From positions 128,001 to 192,000 of the forward strand of contig CAVUAK010000001.1 of the NCBI GenBank assembly GCA_963739455.1: a stretch of DNA of 64,000 nt. The letters are read 5' to 3'. Below are positions 44,282 to 55,494 of the stretch, piece after piece. The notes beneath the pieces were generated by a model. The model was not told the origin of the DNA, made no database searches, and worked only from the letters and a program-made list of their open reading frames with translations. The translations under genes and the position numbers were made by a program. Origin of the DNA: an uncultured Gemmatimonadales bacterium. Lineage in GTDB: Bacteria > Gemmatimonadota > Gemmatimonadetes > Gemmatimonadales > GWC2-71-9. Every line of letters starts with the position of its first letter. Position 1 is the first letter of the stretch.

Positions 44282-44688
44282 TGCTCGACACCACCGTGCT
44301 GATCGCCGCCGAGCGACGTGCGCTGCGCTTCGATGACCTGCTTGGCGCCATCTCGACTGAGCCGATCGCCCTGAGCGCCGTCACCGCGTCGGAGTTGCTC
44401 CACGGCTGCCATCGAGCCCGCGACCGCGGTACCCGCTCGCGTCGATTGGCGTTCGTTGAGGGATTGCTGGGCGCGCTCCCGATCCTGCCCTTTGGCCTGG
44501 TCGAGGCGCGCCGGCACTCCGAGCTCTGGGCAGATCTCGCCGGCAGTGGTACCCTCATCGGTGCACACGACATGCTGATCGGCGCCACGGCGCTTGCGCA
44601 TGGCTATGCCCTGGCCACCTTGAATCAGAAGGACTTCGCCCGCATCGACGGCTTGCAGCTCGTCCCCGTTGAGCGCTTCACCACATGA
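44278..44688 (+). CDS. vapC: PIN-domain VapC toxin
   Basis: LDTTVLI, SELLHG, DMLIGATA, TLNQKDF acidic tetrad. Confidence 0.9.
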   Translation: MMLDTTVLIAAERRALRFDDLLGAISTEPIALSAVTASELLHGCHRARDRGTRSRRLAFVEGLLGALPILPFGLVEARRHSELWADLAGSGTLIGAHDMLIGATALAHGYALATLNQKDFARIDGLQLVPVERFTT

Positions 44689-47457
44689 CCACCGCCGACC
44701 GTCTCACCGCAGCTCTCTCCGACCGCTATCGCCTCGAGCGCGAGCTGGGCCAGGGTGGCATGGCCACCGTCTATCTCGCCGAAGACCTGAAGCACGGTCG
44801 CAAGGTCGCCATCAAGGTCCTGCATCCGGAACTCTCCGCCGTCATCGGCGGCGATCGGTTTCTGGCCGAGATCAAGCTCACCGCAAGCCTTCAACACCCC
44901 CACATCCTCGGCCTGATCGACTCGGGAGCCGTTTCACTAACGCCTCACGCCTCACGACTCACTGACGACAGTCGACTGTCGACTGATCTTCTGTACTACG
45001 TCATGCCCTTCATCGAGGGGGAGACCCTGCGCGGTCGCCTCACCCGCGAGAAGCAGCTCCCCGTCGATGACTCCATCCGCCTCACGAAGGAAGTCGCCGC
45101 CGCCCTCGAGTTCGCCCACAAGCGCGGCATCATCCATCGCGACATCAAGCCCGAGAACATCCTGCTGCAGGACGGTCAGGCCCTCGTCGCCGACTTCGGC
45201 ATCGCCCTCGCCGTGCAGCAGGCCGGCGGCTCCCGCATGACGCAGACCGGCATGTCGCTCGGCACTCCCGCCTACATGTCGCCCGAACAGGCCATGGGCG
45301 AACGCGACATCGGCGCTCGGAGCGACGTGTACGCGCTGGGCGCCATGACCTATGAGATGCTCACCGGCGAGCCGCCCTTCACCGGCCCCAACTCCCAGGC
45401 CATCGTCGCGAAGGTGCTGACGGAAACTCCGCCACCGCTCCGCCCCAAGCGCCCCACCGTGCCACCCGCGGTCGAGCACGCCGTCCTCACGGCCTTGCAG
45501 AAACTCCCCGCCGATCGGTTGGCAGCCGGCGAAGGAGTACGCAGAGGCGCTCGAAGGGAGAGGCAGCAACTATGCATCGACGGTAGTTACTTCACGTCCT
45601 CACGTCCTCACGTCTTCACGTCTCCATCACGTCCTCACGTCCTCACGTCCAGGGCGCGCCCTCGCCTGGAGCGCCGTCGCCGCCCTGATCGCAGCCACCG
45701 CCATGTGGGGCTTCATGCGGCGCGGAACGACGGGGGCGCCCGTAAGGCGCTACGCCCTCGCCCTCCCCGCAAACCAGCCGATGGAATGGAGCCGCATCGG
45801 GACCAACATTGACCTGTCTCCCGATGGCTCACGCTTTGTCTACGTCGGGCCCGGCGAGCAGGGCGGCAGCCTCTGGCTCCGCGATCGTGATCGGCTTGAG
45901 GCGACACCGATTCTCGGCACCTCCAATGCCATCAATCCCCGTTTCTCGCCCGACGGACGACAGATCGTCTTTTCCTCCGGAAGCCTGCTCGAGCTGAAGC
46001 TGGTCGGCGTCGACGGTGGCTCCCCCGTCACGATCGCCCGGGGAGGGTCGGGCGCGAGCGGCGGTGTCGCCTGGAGCGATGATGGCTGGATCTACTTCGA
46101 CGCCGTTCCCGGCCTGAGCCGCGTGCGCCCCAACGGCGATAGCGCACAACTCGTGGTACCGATCGATGCCTCGCGCGGCGAGGCGGGGCAGGCGTGGCCC
46201 GAGGCCGTCCCGGGCGGACGCTGGCTGGTGTATCGCACCCGGAGCAGTAACGCACTCGAGGAGTTTGATATCGGCGTCAGCGACCTGAAGACCGGTGCGC
46301 GCCACGTTCTCACCAGGGGCATCTTCGCCCGACGCATCGGGGCGGGGCTCTTCATCATCGTGCGCGCCGACGGTGTGCTCACTCTCGCCCGCGTCGATGA
46401 GCGCACCATGACGCTGCGCGGATCGCCGGTGCCGGTGCTCGACGGCCTCAAGACCAAGCTGCTGGGCTCGGTCGACCTCACTGTCAGCGGTGGCACCCTG
46501 ATGTATGTGCGGGGCGGATCGAATTCCTACCGGGTGTCTGCCGTCTGGGTCACCCGCGAAGGTGCCGCGAAGCCGATCGAGCCCGCCGTGGTCGTGACAC
46601 CGCCGAACAATCGCGGGCTCGCCCTTTCGCCCGATGGTCGCCGCCTCGTCGTGGACATGGTGGGGCCCAAGTCCACCGACGTCTGGGTGAAGGAGCTGCC
46701 GGCAGGCCCATTCTCCCGGCTCACCTTCGATGGCCTTGCGAACTTTGCGCCTTTCTGGAGCAGCGACGGCAAGTACATCATGTACCTCCTCAACCCCGGG
46801 CAGGGTTCCAATATTGTGCAGGTGTGGCGCAGGAAGGCCGACGGCAGTGCGCCCGCCGAGTCGGTGTTCGCCACCTCCCGTTCGACTATCGAAGCGTCCA
46901 TGTCGAAAGACGGTGAGTGGCTCTTCTATCGGATCAACAACGATTCCACCGGCCCTGACGTCTACGGAATCCGCCTGGGGGGCGACACGACGCCCGTACC
47001 TCTCCTCACCGGTCCAGCCGCCGAGACGAACCCTTCGCTCTCTCCCGACGGTCACTGGCTGGCATATGTGTCGAACGAGTCCGGAACCCTCGAGGTCTAT
47101 GTCCGGCCCTTCCCCCACGTGAACGCGGGACGGTGGCAAGTGTCGATCGGCGGCGGCACCGCGCCCCGCTGGGCACACAGTGGCCGCGAGCTCTTCTTCG
47201 TCTCCGGCACCGAGATGATGATGGCCCCCATCACCACGTCGGGGGGCGCATTCTCTCCCGGCACGCCCCAGAGGCTCTTCACCGGGTTCGGCACCCAGTT
47301 TCTCCAGGGGTTCATCCCCTACTACGACCTGAGCCCCGATGACAGGAACTTCCTCATGATGGGTATTCCTGTCGGCGACAGTACGCGTTCGCAGCTCATC
47401 ACCGTCGAGAACTGGCTTCAGGACGTGAACGCGAAGCTCGCGGCGGCACAACAGTGA
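44685..47457 (+). CDS. Receptor Ser/Thr kinase + TM + beta-propeller (kinase 3); frameshift near 45525
   Basis: Hanks motifs; TM and SPDG repeats in the next frame; ATG overlaps the vapC stop. Confidence 0.9.
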
Positions 47458-50203
47458 CCAGCACCGAAGCCCGCCTCACCGCGTCTCTTGCCGATCGCTA
47501 CCGCGTCGAGCGCGAGCTCGGCCAGGGCGGCATGGCCACCGTCTACCTCGCGGAGGACCTCAAGCACAGCCGCAAGGTCGCGATCAAGGTCCTGCATCCC
47601 GAGTTGAGCGCCGTCATCGGCGGCGACCGCTTCCTCACCGAAATCAAGGTCACCGCCAACCTCCAGCACCCGCACATTCTCGGCCTGATCGACTCGGGAG
47701 CTGTTTCACTCACGCCTCACGCCTCACGCCTCACTGACGACAGTCGACTGTCGACTGATCTCTTGTATTACGTCATGCCGTACGTCGTCGGGTGAGTCCC
47801 TCCGCAACCGTCTCGCGCGCGACAAGCAGCTCCCCATCGACGACGCACTCCGGCTTGCGAAGGAAGTCGCCAGCGCGCTCGACTATGCCCATCGCCAGGG
47901 CGTCGTCCACCGCGACATTAAGCCCGAGAACATCCTGTTGCAGGACGGTTCGGCCCTCGTCGCCGACTTCGGCATCGCGCTGGCCGTCCAGCAGGCCGGC
48001 GGCTCTCGCATGACCCAGACCGGCATGTCGCTCGGCACGCCCGCCTACATGTCGCCCGAACAGGCCATGGGCGAACGAGACATCGGTGCGCGCAGCGATG
48101 TGTACGCGCTCGGCGCGATGACCTACGAGATGCTCACCGGGGAACCGCCGTTCACTGGCCTCAACTCCCAGGCCATCGTCGCGAAGGTGCTGACGGAATC
48201 TCCGCGCGCTATGCGCCCTGCGCGCCCTAGCGTCCCCCCGGCAGTGGAACATGCCGTGCTTACGGCGTTGCAAAAGCTCCCCGCCGATCGCTACGGCACA
48301 GCGAAGGGAGTTTGCGGAGGCGCTCGACGGTAAGGGCGGTAACTACGCATCCACCGAGGTTACTTCACGTCCTAACGTCCTCACGTCTTCACGTCTACCT
48401 CACGTCCTCACGTCCTCACGTCCAGGGCGCGCCCTTGCATGGAGCGCTATCGCGGCCGCGATTGCAGCCACGGCTATGTGGGCCTTCGTGTGGCAGGGAA
48501 GGACGGGCGCGCCCGTAAGCCGCCAACGCGTCGTCCTCTGGCAGCATCCCCGCGGCCAGTTCCTCTCGGCCGGCCAGAGCCTGATCGCATCACAGGCCGC
48601 AATCGCCCCGGACGGATCGAGCATCGTCTATACCGATTCCATCGATGGCGTCATCCACCTGATGCGCAAGCTTCGGAGCGAGCGCGAGCCCGTACCGATC
48701 GCTGGCACCGAGGGAGCGGTGTCGCCCTTCTTCTCGCCCGACGGGAAGTGGATCGGATACCTCACGACCGATGGAAGGCTCCGCAAGGTCAGTGTCGACG
48801 GGGGCGGCTCGATCACCCTCGCCGAAGACGCGCAGCGGACCCAGGTCTCGGCCGCATGGCTGGACAATGGGACCATCGTCTACGCCGGCGCGGTGGCGGA
48901 CATGAAGAGGGTCTCCGCCGACGGAGGTCCGAGTTCGCCCATACGGGCCGACAGTAGCCTGCGTCGTCACGCGCTGCTCACGCTCTCTCCCCTTCCGGGC
49001 AGTCGGGGATTCCTTCACACGAGTTGCCCCGGCAACTGCGCCATCGAGTCCGCCGTGTATGTCTTCGATTTCGCGGCCGATAGCTCGCGGTTGCTCGTGC
49101 CGAATGCCGCCGGCGCCTGGTACTCACCCACCGGCTACCTGCTCTACACCGACCGCGCGGGCGGCCTGTATGCTGCGGGGTTCGACCCGAACCGGCTTGT
49201 GATGACGACCCCGGCCGTACCTGTCCTCGAGGACATCGTGCCGACCACCCTGGCGCTGTCAGCATCGGGGAGTGCGCTCTACTCCATCACCGCCGGCAAG
49301 CAGAAGCCATCCGAGCTCATGTGGGTCTCGCGCGATGGCAGCGCAGAGCCGGTCGACTCGGGCTGGCGGGGCGAGTTCGATTACCCCGCCGTCTCCCCCG
49401 ACGGCAAGGCGCTCGCCGTGAGCGTCCGTGATGGCCCAACCCACATCTGGATCTGGCGCGCCGACGGCACCCGGCAGAAGCTGACCCAGGAAGGGACCGT
49501 CAACTGGCGTCCGTCCTGGTCACCGGATGGAAAGTCCATCGCATTTATTTCCAACAAGCGCGGTGGCGGAAACCAGGACGCCTATGACGCCTACCGCATG
49601 CCCGTCGACGGCAGTGCGCCGCCCGACCTGCTCCAGCGGCACACCTTCGGCCTCTGGGAAATCGAGCTCTCGCGCGACGGTCAGTGGCTCATCGTCCGCG
49701 CTGACGAGGCGGTCGGCAGCTCCAACATTCGTGGCCGGCGCCTGGTGGGCGACACGACGCTGCTTCCACTCGTGGTGGACCCGAGCGTCAGCATGCAGGC
49801 GGCCCTGTCACCCGACGAGCATTGGCTCGCATACTCCGCCAACCCGACCGGCCTGATGGAGATCTACGTCGCCCCCTTCCCCTCGATGAAGTCCACCCGG
49901 CTCGTCTCCACCGGCGGCGGCACCGAGCCGCGCTGGGCCCACAGCGGCAAGGAACTGTTCTTCAAGAGCGGTGGCAAGCTGATGGCCGTCGACGTGTTGC
50001 CGGGCGAGGCCTTCACCTTCGGCACGCCCCACGCCCTGTTCCCGCTCACCGGCTATCTCGCAGCCAGGAACCGGCCCGAGTACGACGTGGCGCCCGATGA
50101 TCGCCGCTTCCTGATGATCCGGGTGCCGAAGGAATCGAACGAGGAAGTGGTGTACGTCGAGAACTGGTTTACGGAACTCAGGGCGAAGATGGAGAAGAAG
50201 TAG
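47454..50203 (+). CDS. Receptor Ser/Thr kinase + TM + beta-propeller (kinase 4); frameshifts near 47790 and 48305
   Basis: Three frames join into the same architecture as kinases 2 and 3. Confidence 0.88.
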
Positions 50204-52474
50204 GTGCCGCTGAACCTCACATCCATCTCTCCCGGCACCTCCCTCGGCCGTTATAAGCTCCTCGAGAGCATCGGCGCCGGCGGCATGGGCGAGGTCTGGC
50301 GCGCCCGCGATGCCAACCTCGACCGCGACGTCGCCATCAAGTTCCTGCGCACCGGCCAGAGCGTCGGCACCGAGACCCGCGAGCGCTTCCGGCGCGAGGC
50401 GCTCGTCCTATCCCGGCTCTCCCATCCCGGCGTCGCCACCATATTCGACTTCGACACCCAGGATGGCACCGACTTCCTGGTCATGGAGTACGTCCCCGGC
50501 GGCTCACTCGAGACGCGACTGGAAACCGGCCCGCTATCACTGAAGGACCTGACCCGCTTTGGCGCCATCATCGCGGACGCGCTCCACAGCGCGCACGAGC
50601 GCGGCATCCTCCATCGCGATCTCAAGCCAGGCAACATCGTCCTCACCGAGAGCGGCCAGCCCAAGATTCTCGACTTCGGCATCGCGCTCCTCATGGACTC
50701 CGACCCGAACGCCGTGAAGCTCACTCAGGCCGGGATGATCCTCGGCTCGCTGCCCTACATGGCTCCGGAACAGCTTTCGGACGACCCGTCCGATGCCCGC
50801 ACCGACATCTACGCACTGGGTGTGCTGCTCTTCGAGATGGCCACCGGCCGGCGGCCGTTCATCAAGGAGCGCCGAGAGGCGCTGATGTTCGAGATCTTCA
50901 GCAACTCGCCACCCACCGTGCGCTCGCTTCGCCCCGAGGTGCCCGCGGCAGTGGATCAGCTCGTTGATGCCTGCCTGCGGAAGGAACCGGCAGAGCGCCC
51001 CTCATCAGCGGCCATGGTAGCCGAGACACTTCGTGCCGTGGCCGGCGGCACCAGCTCGGGCGCCATGGCAGCCCGCGAAACCGTCCGCGGAATCGTCGTG
51101 CTTCCGCTGCGCAACGTCTCTGGTGATCCGTCCCAGGAGTACTTCGCCGATGGCATGACCGACGCCATCATCTCCGATCTCTCCCGCATCAAGGCGCTGC
51201 GCGTCATCTCCCGCACTTCGGCTATGCGCTACAAGGGATCCACGCTCTCCCTCCCGGAGATCGCGCGCGAACTCAACGTCGACGCCGTCCTCGAGGGCTC
51301 GGCCCTGCTCGTGGGCAACCGCGTCCGCGTCAGCGTGCAGCTCGTCAGCGCCCGCACCGACCAGACCATCTGGGCGGCCCGCTGGGACCGCGACCTCGTC
51401 GACGTCTTGAGCCTTCAGGGCGACCTCGCCGCCACCATGGCCCACGAGATCGCCGTCCAGCTCACGCCCGCCGAGGAAGGCCATCTCGCTCATCGCGCTA
51501 CGGTGAATCCCGAGGCGCACCTCGAGATGCTCAAGAGCCGGCACAATCTCATCGCTGGTACCAGGGAGGCCCTTGAGCTCGGGCTGCTCCACGCCCGCCG
51601 GGCACTCGAGCTCGATCCGACCTACGCGTTCGCCTGGTCGGCACTCGCCGACTGCCAGAGTTTCCGCGCCGCCCGCGGCATGGCCAACCCCGCCGAAGTC
51701 GGTGGCGAGGCCACGGCGGCGGCCCGGCGCGCCATCGAGCTCGATCCCTCGCTCGGCGACGCATGGACCTCGCTCGGCCTCATCGCCGCCCATTCGGGCG
51801 ACGTGGTGGGCGGCATGCGGGCCCTGCAGAAGGCGATCGTGCTCAACCCCGGGCTCACGCTGGCGCACAACGTCCTCTCCCGCACGCTCTACGCCTTCGA
51901 GCGCCACGAAGAGGCGCTCGCGTCCGCCACCCGCGCGGTGCAGCTCGACCCGCTCTCGACCTTCATCCACACCGGGCTCGGCGACGCGAGCTACTTCGCC
52001 CGGGAGTACGACAAGTCGGTGTTCCACTATCGCATGTCGATCGAGCTCGATGCCCGCTTCGATGGCGCCCACACCGACATGGCTCGCTCGCTCGAGGCAC
52101 TCGGCCGCTTCGATGAGGCCCATGCGGCGTACGAGGAGGGCCGTCGCCTTGGCGGCGGTATCGCCGGGCCGTCCTTCGGGCTCGCGCATCTCGCCGCCGC
52201 ACGCGGCAATGAAGCGGAGGCCCGCCGCATCCTCGCCGAGCTCACCGCCGCCCGCGGTACGCGGGTCGTCTCGGCATGGGGCATCGGCGCGCTCCACGCC
52301 AGCCTCGGCGACGTGGACGAGGCCTTCAAGTGGTTGGAGATTGCAATCACAGAGAAGGCCTCGGGACTGATCCTGCTTCGCGTGCACCCGCGGCTCGATC
52401 CGATCCGGAAGGACCCGCGCTACTGGCCCATGGTCGAGCGGATGGGCCTGACCGACGCGGCACTCACTACGTGA
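50204..52474 (+). CDS. Ser/Thr kinase + TolB_N-like domain + TPR repeats, no TM (kinase 5)
   Basis: GAGGMGEVW, HRDLKPGN, DFG; VVLPLRNVSGDPSQEYFADGMT; A..LDP TPR repeats. Confidence 0.92.
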   Translation: MPLNLTSISPGTSLGRYKLLESIGAGGMGEVWRARDANLDRDVAIKFLRTGQSVGTETRERFRREALVLSRLSHPGVATIFDFDTQDGTDFLVMEYVPGGSLETRLETGPLSLKDLTRFGAIIADALHSAHERGILHRDLKPGNIVLTESGQPKILDFGIALLMDSDPNAVKLTQAGMILGSLPYMAPEQLSDDPSDARTDIYALGVLLFEMATGRRPFIKERREALMFEIFSNSPPTVRSLRPEVPAAVDQLVDACLRKEPAERPSSAAMVAETLRAVAGGTSSGAMAARETVRGIVVLPLRNVSGDPSQEYFADGMTDAIISDLSRIKALRVISRTSAMRYKGSTLSLPEIARELNVDAVLEGSALLVGNRVRVSVQLVSARTDQTIWAARWDRDLVDVLSLQGDLAATMAHEIAVQLTPAEEGHLAHRATVNPEAHLEMLKSRHNLIAGTREALELGLLHARRALELDPTYAFAWSALADCQSFRAARGMANPAEVGGEATAAARRAIELDPSLGDAWTSLGLIAAHSGDVVGGMRALQKAIVLNPGLTLAHNVLSRTLYAFERHEEALASATRAVQLDPLSTFIHTGLGDASYFAREYDKSVFHYRMSIELDARFDGAHTDMARSLEALGRFDEAHAAYEEGRRLGGGIAGPSFGLAHLAAARGNEAEARRILAELTAARGTRVVSAWGIGALHASLGDVDEAFKWLEIAITEKASGLILLRVHPRLDPIRKDPRYWPMVERMGLTDAALTT

Positions 52475-55400
52475 CCACGCCGGAGCGCCTCACTGCTGCC
52501 CTGGCCGACCGTTACCGCATCGAGCGCGAACTCGGCGCCGGCGGCATGGCCACCGTCTATCTCGCCCACGACCTCAAGCACAACCGCCAGGTCGCCATCA
52601 AGGTGTTGCGCCCCGAGCTCGCCGCCGCACTCGGCGCCGATCGCTTCCTCCGCGAAATCGAAACCACCGCCAACCTCCAGCACCCCCACATTCTCCCCCT
52701 CTTCGACAGCGGGGCTGTTTCACTCACTGACGACTCACGACTGCCGACTGCTGGAAGCCAGCTCCTCTTCTATGTAATGCCGTTTGTAAACGGCGAAACC
52801 CTCCGCGCCCGTCTCGCGCGCACCGGTCCATTGCCGCTCGATGAAGCAGTCCGCTACACCACCGAGATCGCCGACGCCCTCGCCAAGGCCCACAAGGCCG
52901 GCGTCGTCCACCGCGACATCAAGCCCGAGAACATCTTCATCGCCGACGGCCACGCACTCGTGCTCGATTTCGGCATCGCGAAGGCGGTGGCTTCCAGCCA
53001 CCGTCCTGAGGGCCCTCCGGGCCCGAAGGACCCCGCGAACCCGAGCGGGCCCTCTATCCTGACCACCCTCGGCGTTTCCATCGGCACCCCCGCCTACATG
53101 GCCCCGGAACAGGTGGCCGGCGACCCCAACATCGACCATCGCGCCGATCTCTACGCCCTGGGACTGGTCGCGTATGAGATGCTTGCCGGTGGGTCGCCCT
53201 ACACCGCTACCACGCCAGCCCAGCAGATGGCGGCGCATATCGCCCAGGCGCCTGCGCCGGTCGAGCTGAAGCGGAAGGATTGCCCACCGGCACTCGCCGC
53301 CCTCGTCATGCGCTGCCTCGCCAAGAATCCCGATGAACGCTGGCAGTCGGCCGACGACATCGTCAATCAGCTGCGCGCGCTCGACACTGCTCCGCTGCAG
53401 CGGTCCGCGGCCCGGGGCGGTCAGCGCATCGCGATCATTGCCGGCGCGCTTCTCTTGGGCCTTGCCGCCGTCTTCATGTTCCGCCGCAACGCGCACCCCG
53501 CACCCAGTGCCGCGTCAGCCAATGTCATCGCCGTCCTCCCCTTCACCGTGCGCGGTGGACCGCAGTTCGCCTATCTCGGCGAAGGGATCGTCGACTTGCT
53601 CAGCACGAGCCTCGACGGCGCCGCCGGTCTCCGCAGCGTCAACGCCCACGCCCTGCTCGGGTACGCTGGACAGGATGCGTCGGCCATGAGCGTCGAGCGG
53701 GCCGGCGCAGTGGCCGATCACTTCAAGGCCGGGCTATTCGTGATGGGAGACGTACTCGAGGTCGGCGGCAAGCTTCGGCTCAGTGCGTCGCTGTTCGATC
53801 GCGCCAACGAGGCGAAGCCACTCGCCGAGGCCACGGTGGACGGCGATCCAGGTGACGTGACCTCCCTCGTAGACCTGCTCGCCACTCGCCTCGCCGCCGA
53901 TCGCTCCGCCGAGGGCGGCGCGCGCCTCACGCGCACCGCTGCGGTCACGACTTCGTCCATTCCCGCCCTCAAGGCTTACATGGAGGGCGAGCAAGCCTAT
54001 CGCGCCGGGCAATACGTCGCCGCCACCAAGGCATTTCAGGAGGCCGTCACCGCCGACACCGGCTTCGCCCTCGCCTTCCATCGACTCGGCATGGCGCAGG
54101 AGCGCATGGCCTGGGCTGACGATTCGCGTCGCTCGGCAGAGCTCGCCTTTCTCCACAGCGACCGGCTCTCGGCGCACGACCGCCGCTTCCTCGAGGCGCT
54201 CCTCACAATGCGCCGCGGCCACGCGGGAGAAGCGGAACAGCAGTTCCGCGCCATCGCGCAATCATGGCCCGATGACGCGGAGGCCTGGTATCAGCTGGGA
54301 GAGCTCTCCTTCCATGGCAACCCACTGCGTGGCCAGTCGTTCACTGATTCGAGGACTGCCTTCTCCCAGGCGCTCTTCCTCGACCCCGGCGATCTCGGCG
54401 CCCTCTACCACCTCATGCGCATCGCCGCGCGCGATGGCAACCAGCCACTGCTCGATTCGCTCTCGGCTCGCTTCTACAAGCTGAGCCCCGAGGGCGATCG
54501 CACCCTCGAGCTGCGCGCGCTTCAGGCCCTCGCCACCGGCGATTCGGTTGCCGTGGACTCCGTCATGGCTGCTTTCGGCCGTGCGCCCGATGGTACCCTC
54601 GCGATCGGCATGTGGTCACTGGCGGTCTTCGCCCAGAGCCTGCCTTCCGCCAGCCGCCTGGCTCTGCTCATGACTGAGCCGGCACGCCCGCGGGGCGTGC
54701 GCGCCCAGGGGCATGTGTACCTCGCCTATCTCGCGCTGGCGCAGGGACGGCTCGCTCTGGCGCGCACCGAACTCGCAGCGGCCTCCGCGCTCGGAGGAAG
54801 CGAGGCGCCCCTGGTGGACGCCTGGTTCAACACCCTCCCCTTCGTTCCCGCGACCCGGGGAGAACTCGATGCCTCGCGCGCGCGCCTGGCCCGGTGGGAC
54901 GCGACCGATACCACGCTGCTGAGTACCCAGCCGAGCGCGTTCTTCAGTGGGCACAACGGCGTGCGCCCCATCCTCAAGCTGTATGTGCTGGGCCTCCTCG
55001 ACATCAGGCGTGGTGCCACCGCCGAGGCGATGAAAGGCGTGGAGCAGTTGCAGGGGATGGGAGCCGCGACCGAGGGGCCTCCGCTCGCGCTGGAGTTGGC
55101 CGAGGGACTCCGCGCCCAGATGGCACTCGCGAAGGCCCAGCCCGACAGCGCGCTCGCATCCCTCGAGGCGCTGCACCTCGAGGGATGGTACGAGCTCACC
55201 TTCATGTCCCCGTTCTATGGCGGGGCACTGGAGCGTTTCACCCGTGCCAAGTTGCTGGCGACACAGGGCCGCAACAACGACGCCCTCGCCTGGTACCGTG
55301 GCCTCGGTGAGAACTCGACGCCTGAACTGGTGTTTCTCGGGCCGGCAATGCTGGCCCAGGCGCGTATTCAGGAGAAGCTCGGCCACCCGAAGGAAGCGGC

Positions 55401-55494
55401 ATTATTCTACGATGGGTTTCTCAAGCTCTGGCAGGACAGTGACCCCGTCTTCAAGCCCATGCTCGACTCGGCCCGAACAGAGCGATCGCCTTGA
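52471..55494 (+). CDS. Ser/Thr kinase + TM + TolB_N-like + TPR (kinase 6)
   Basis: Hanks motifs, TM IAIIAGALLLGLAAVFMF, IAVLPF, helical repeats; GTG overlaps the upstream TGA. Confidence 0.9.
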   Translation: MTTPERLTAALADRYRIERELGAGGMATVYLAHDLKHNRQVAIKVLRPELAAALGADRFLREIETTANLQHPHILPLFDSGAVSLTDDSRLPTAGSQLLFYVMPFVNGETLRARLARTGPLPLDEAVRYTTEIADALAKAHKAGVVHRDIKPENIFIADGHALVLDFGIAKAVASSHRPEGPPGPKDPANPSGPSILTTLGVSIGTPAYMAPEQVAGDPNIDHRADLYALGLVAYEMLAGGSPYTATTPAQQMAAHIAQAPAPVELKRKDCPPALAALVMRCLAKNPDERWQSADDIVNQLRALDTAPLQRSAARGGQRIAIIAGALLLGLAAVFMFRRNAHPAPSAASANVIAVLPFTVRGGPQFAYLGEGIVDLLSTSLDGAAGLRSVNAHALLGYAGQDASAMSVERAGAVADHFKAGLFVMGDVLEVGGKLRLSASLFDRANEAKPLAEATVDGDPGDVTSLVDLLATRLAADRSAEGGARLTRTAAVTTSSIPALKAYMEGEQAYRAGQYVAATKAFQEAVTADTGFALAFHRLGMAQERMAWADDSRRSAELAFLHSDRLSAHDRRFLEALLTMRRGHAGEAEQQFRAIAQSWPDDAEAWYQLGELSFHGNPLRGQSFTDSRTAFSQALFLDPGDLGALYHLMRIAARDGNQPLLDSLSARFYKLSPEGDRTLELRALQALATGDSVAVDSVMAAFGRAPDGTLAIGMWSLAVFAQSLPSASRLALLMTEPARPRGVRAQGHVYLAYLALAQGRLALARTELAAASALGGSEAPLVDAWFNTLPFVPATRGELDASRARLARWDATDTTLLSTQPSAFFSGHNGVRPILKLYVLGLLDIRRGATAEAMKGVEQLQGMGAATEGPPLALELAEGLRAQMALAKAQPDSALASLEALHLEGWYELTFMSPFYGGALERFTRAKLLATQGRNNDALAWYRGLGENSTPELVFLGPAMLAQARIQEKLGHPKEAALFYDGFLKLWQDSDPVFKPMLDSARTERSP

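Noticed and set aside
3982..48333. Mass pseudogenisation or programmed frameshifting (tsdA-like, NAGPA, kinases 1-4, LLM, CocE, peptidase, sulfatase, anSME)
   Set aside because: Breaks are scattered 1-nt indels in unrelated genes with catalytic motifs intact, typical of unpolished long reads. Short-read polishing would settle it.
52276..52470. N-terminal extension of kinase 6 in the ORF track
   Set aside because: It overlaps kinase 5. Paralogue alignment puts the start at GTG 52471.
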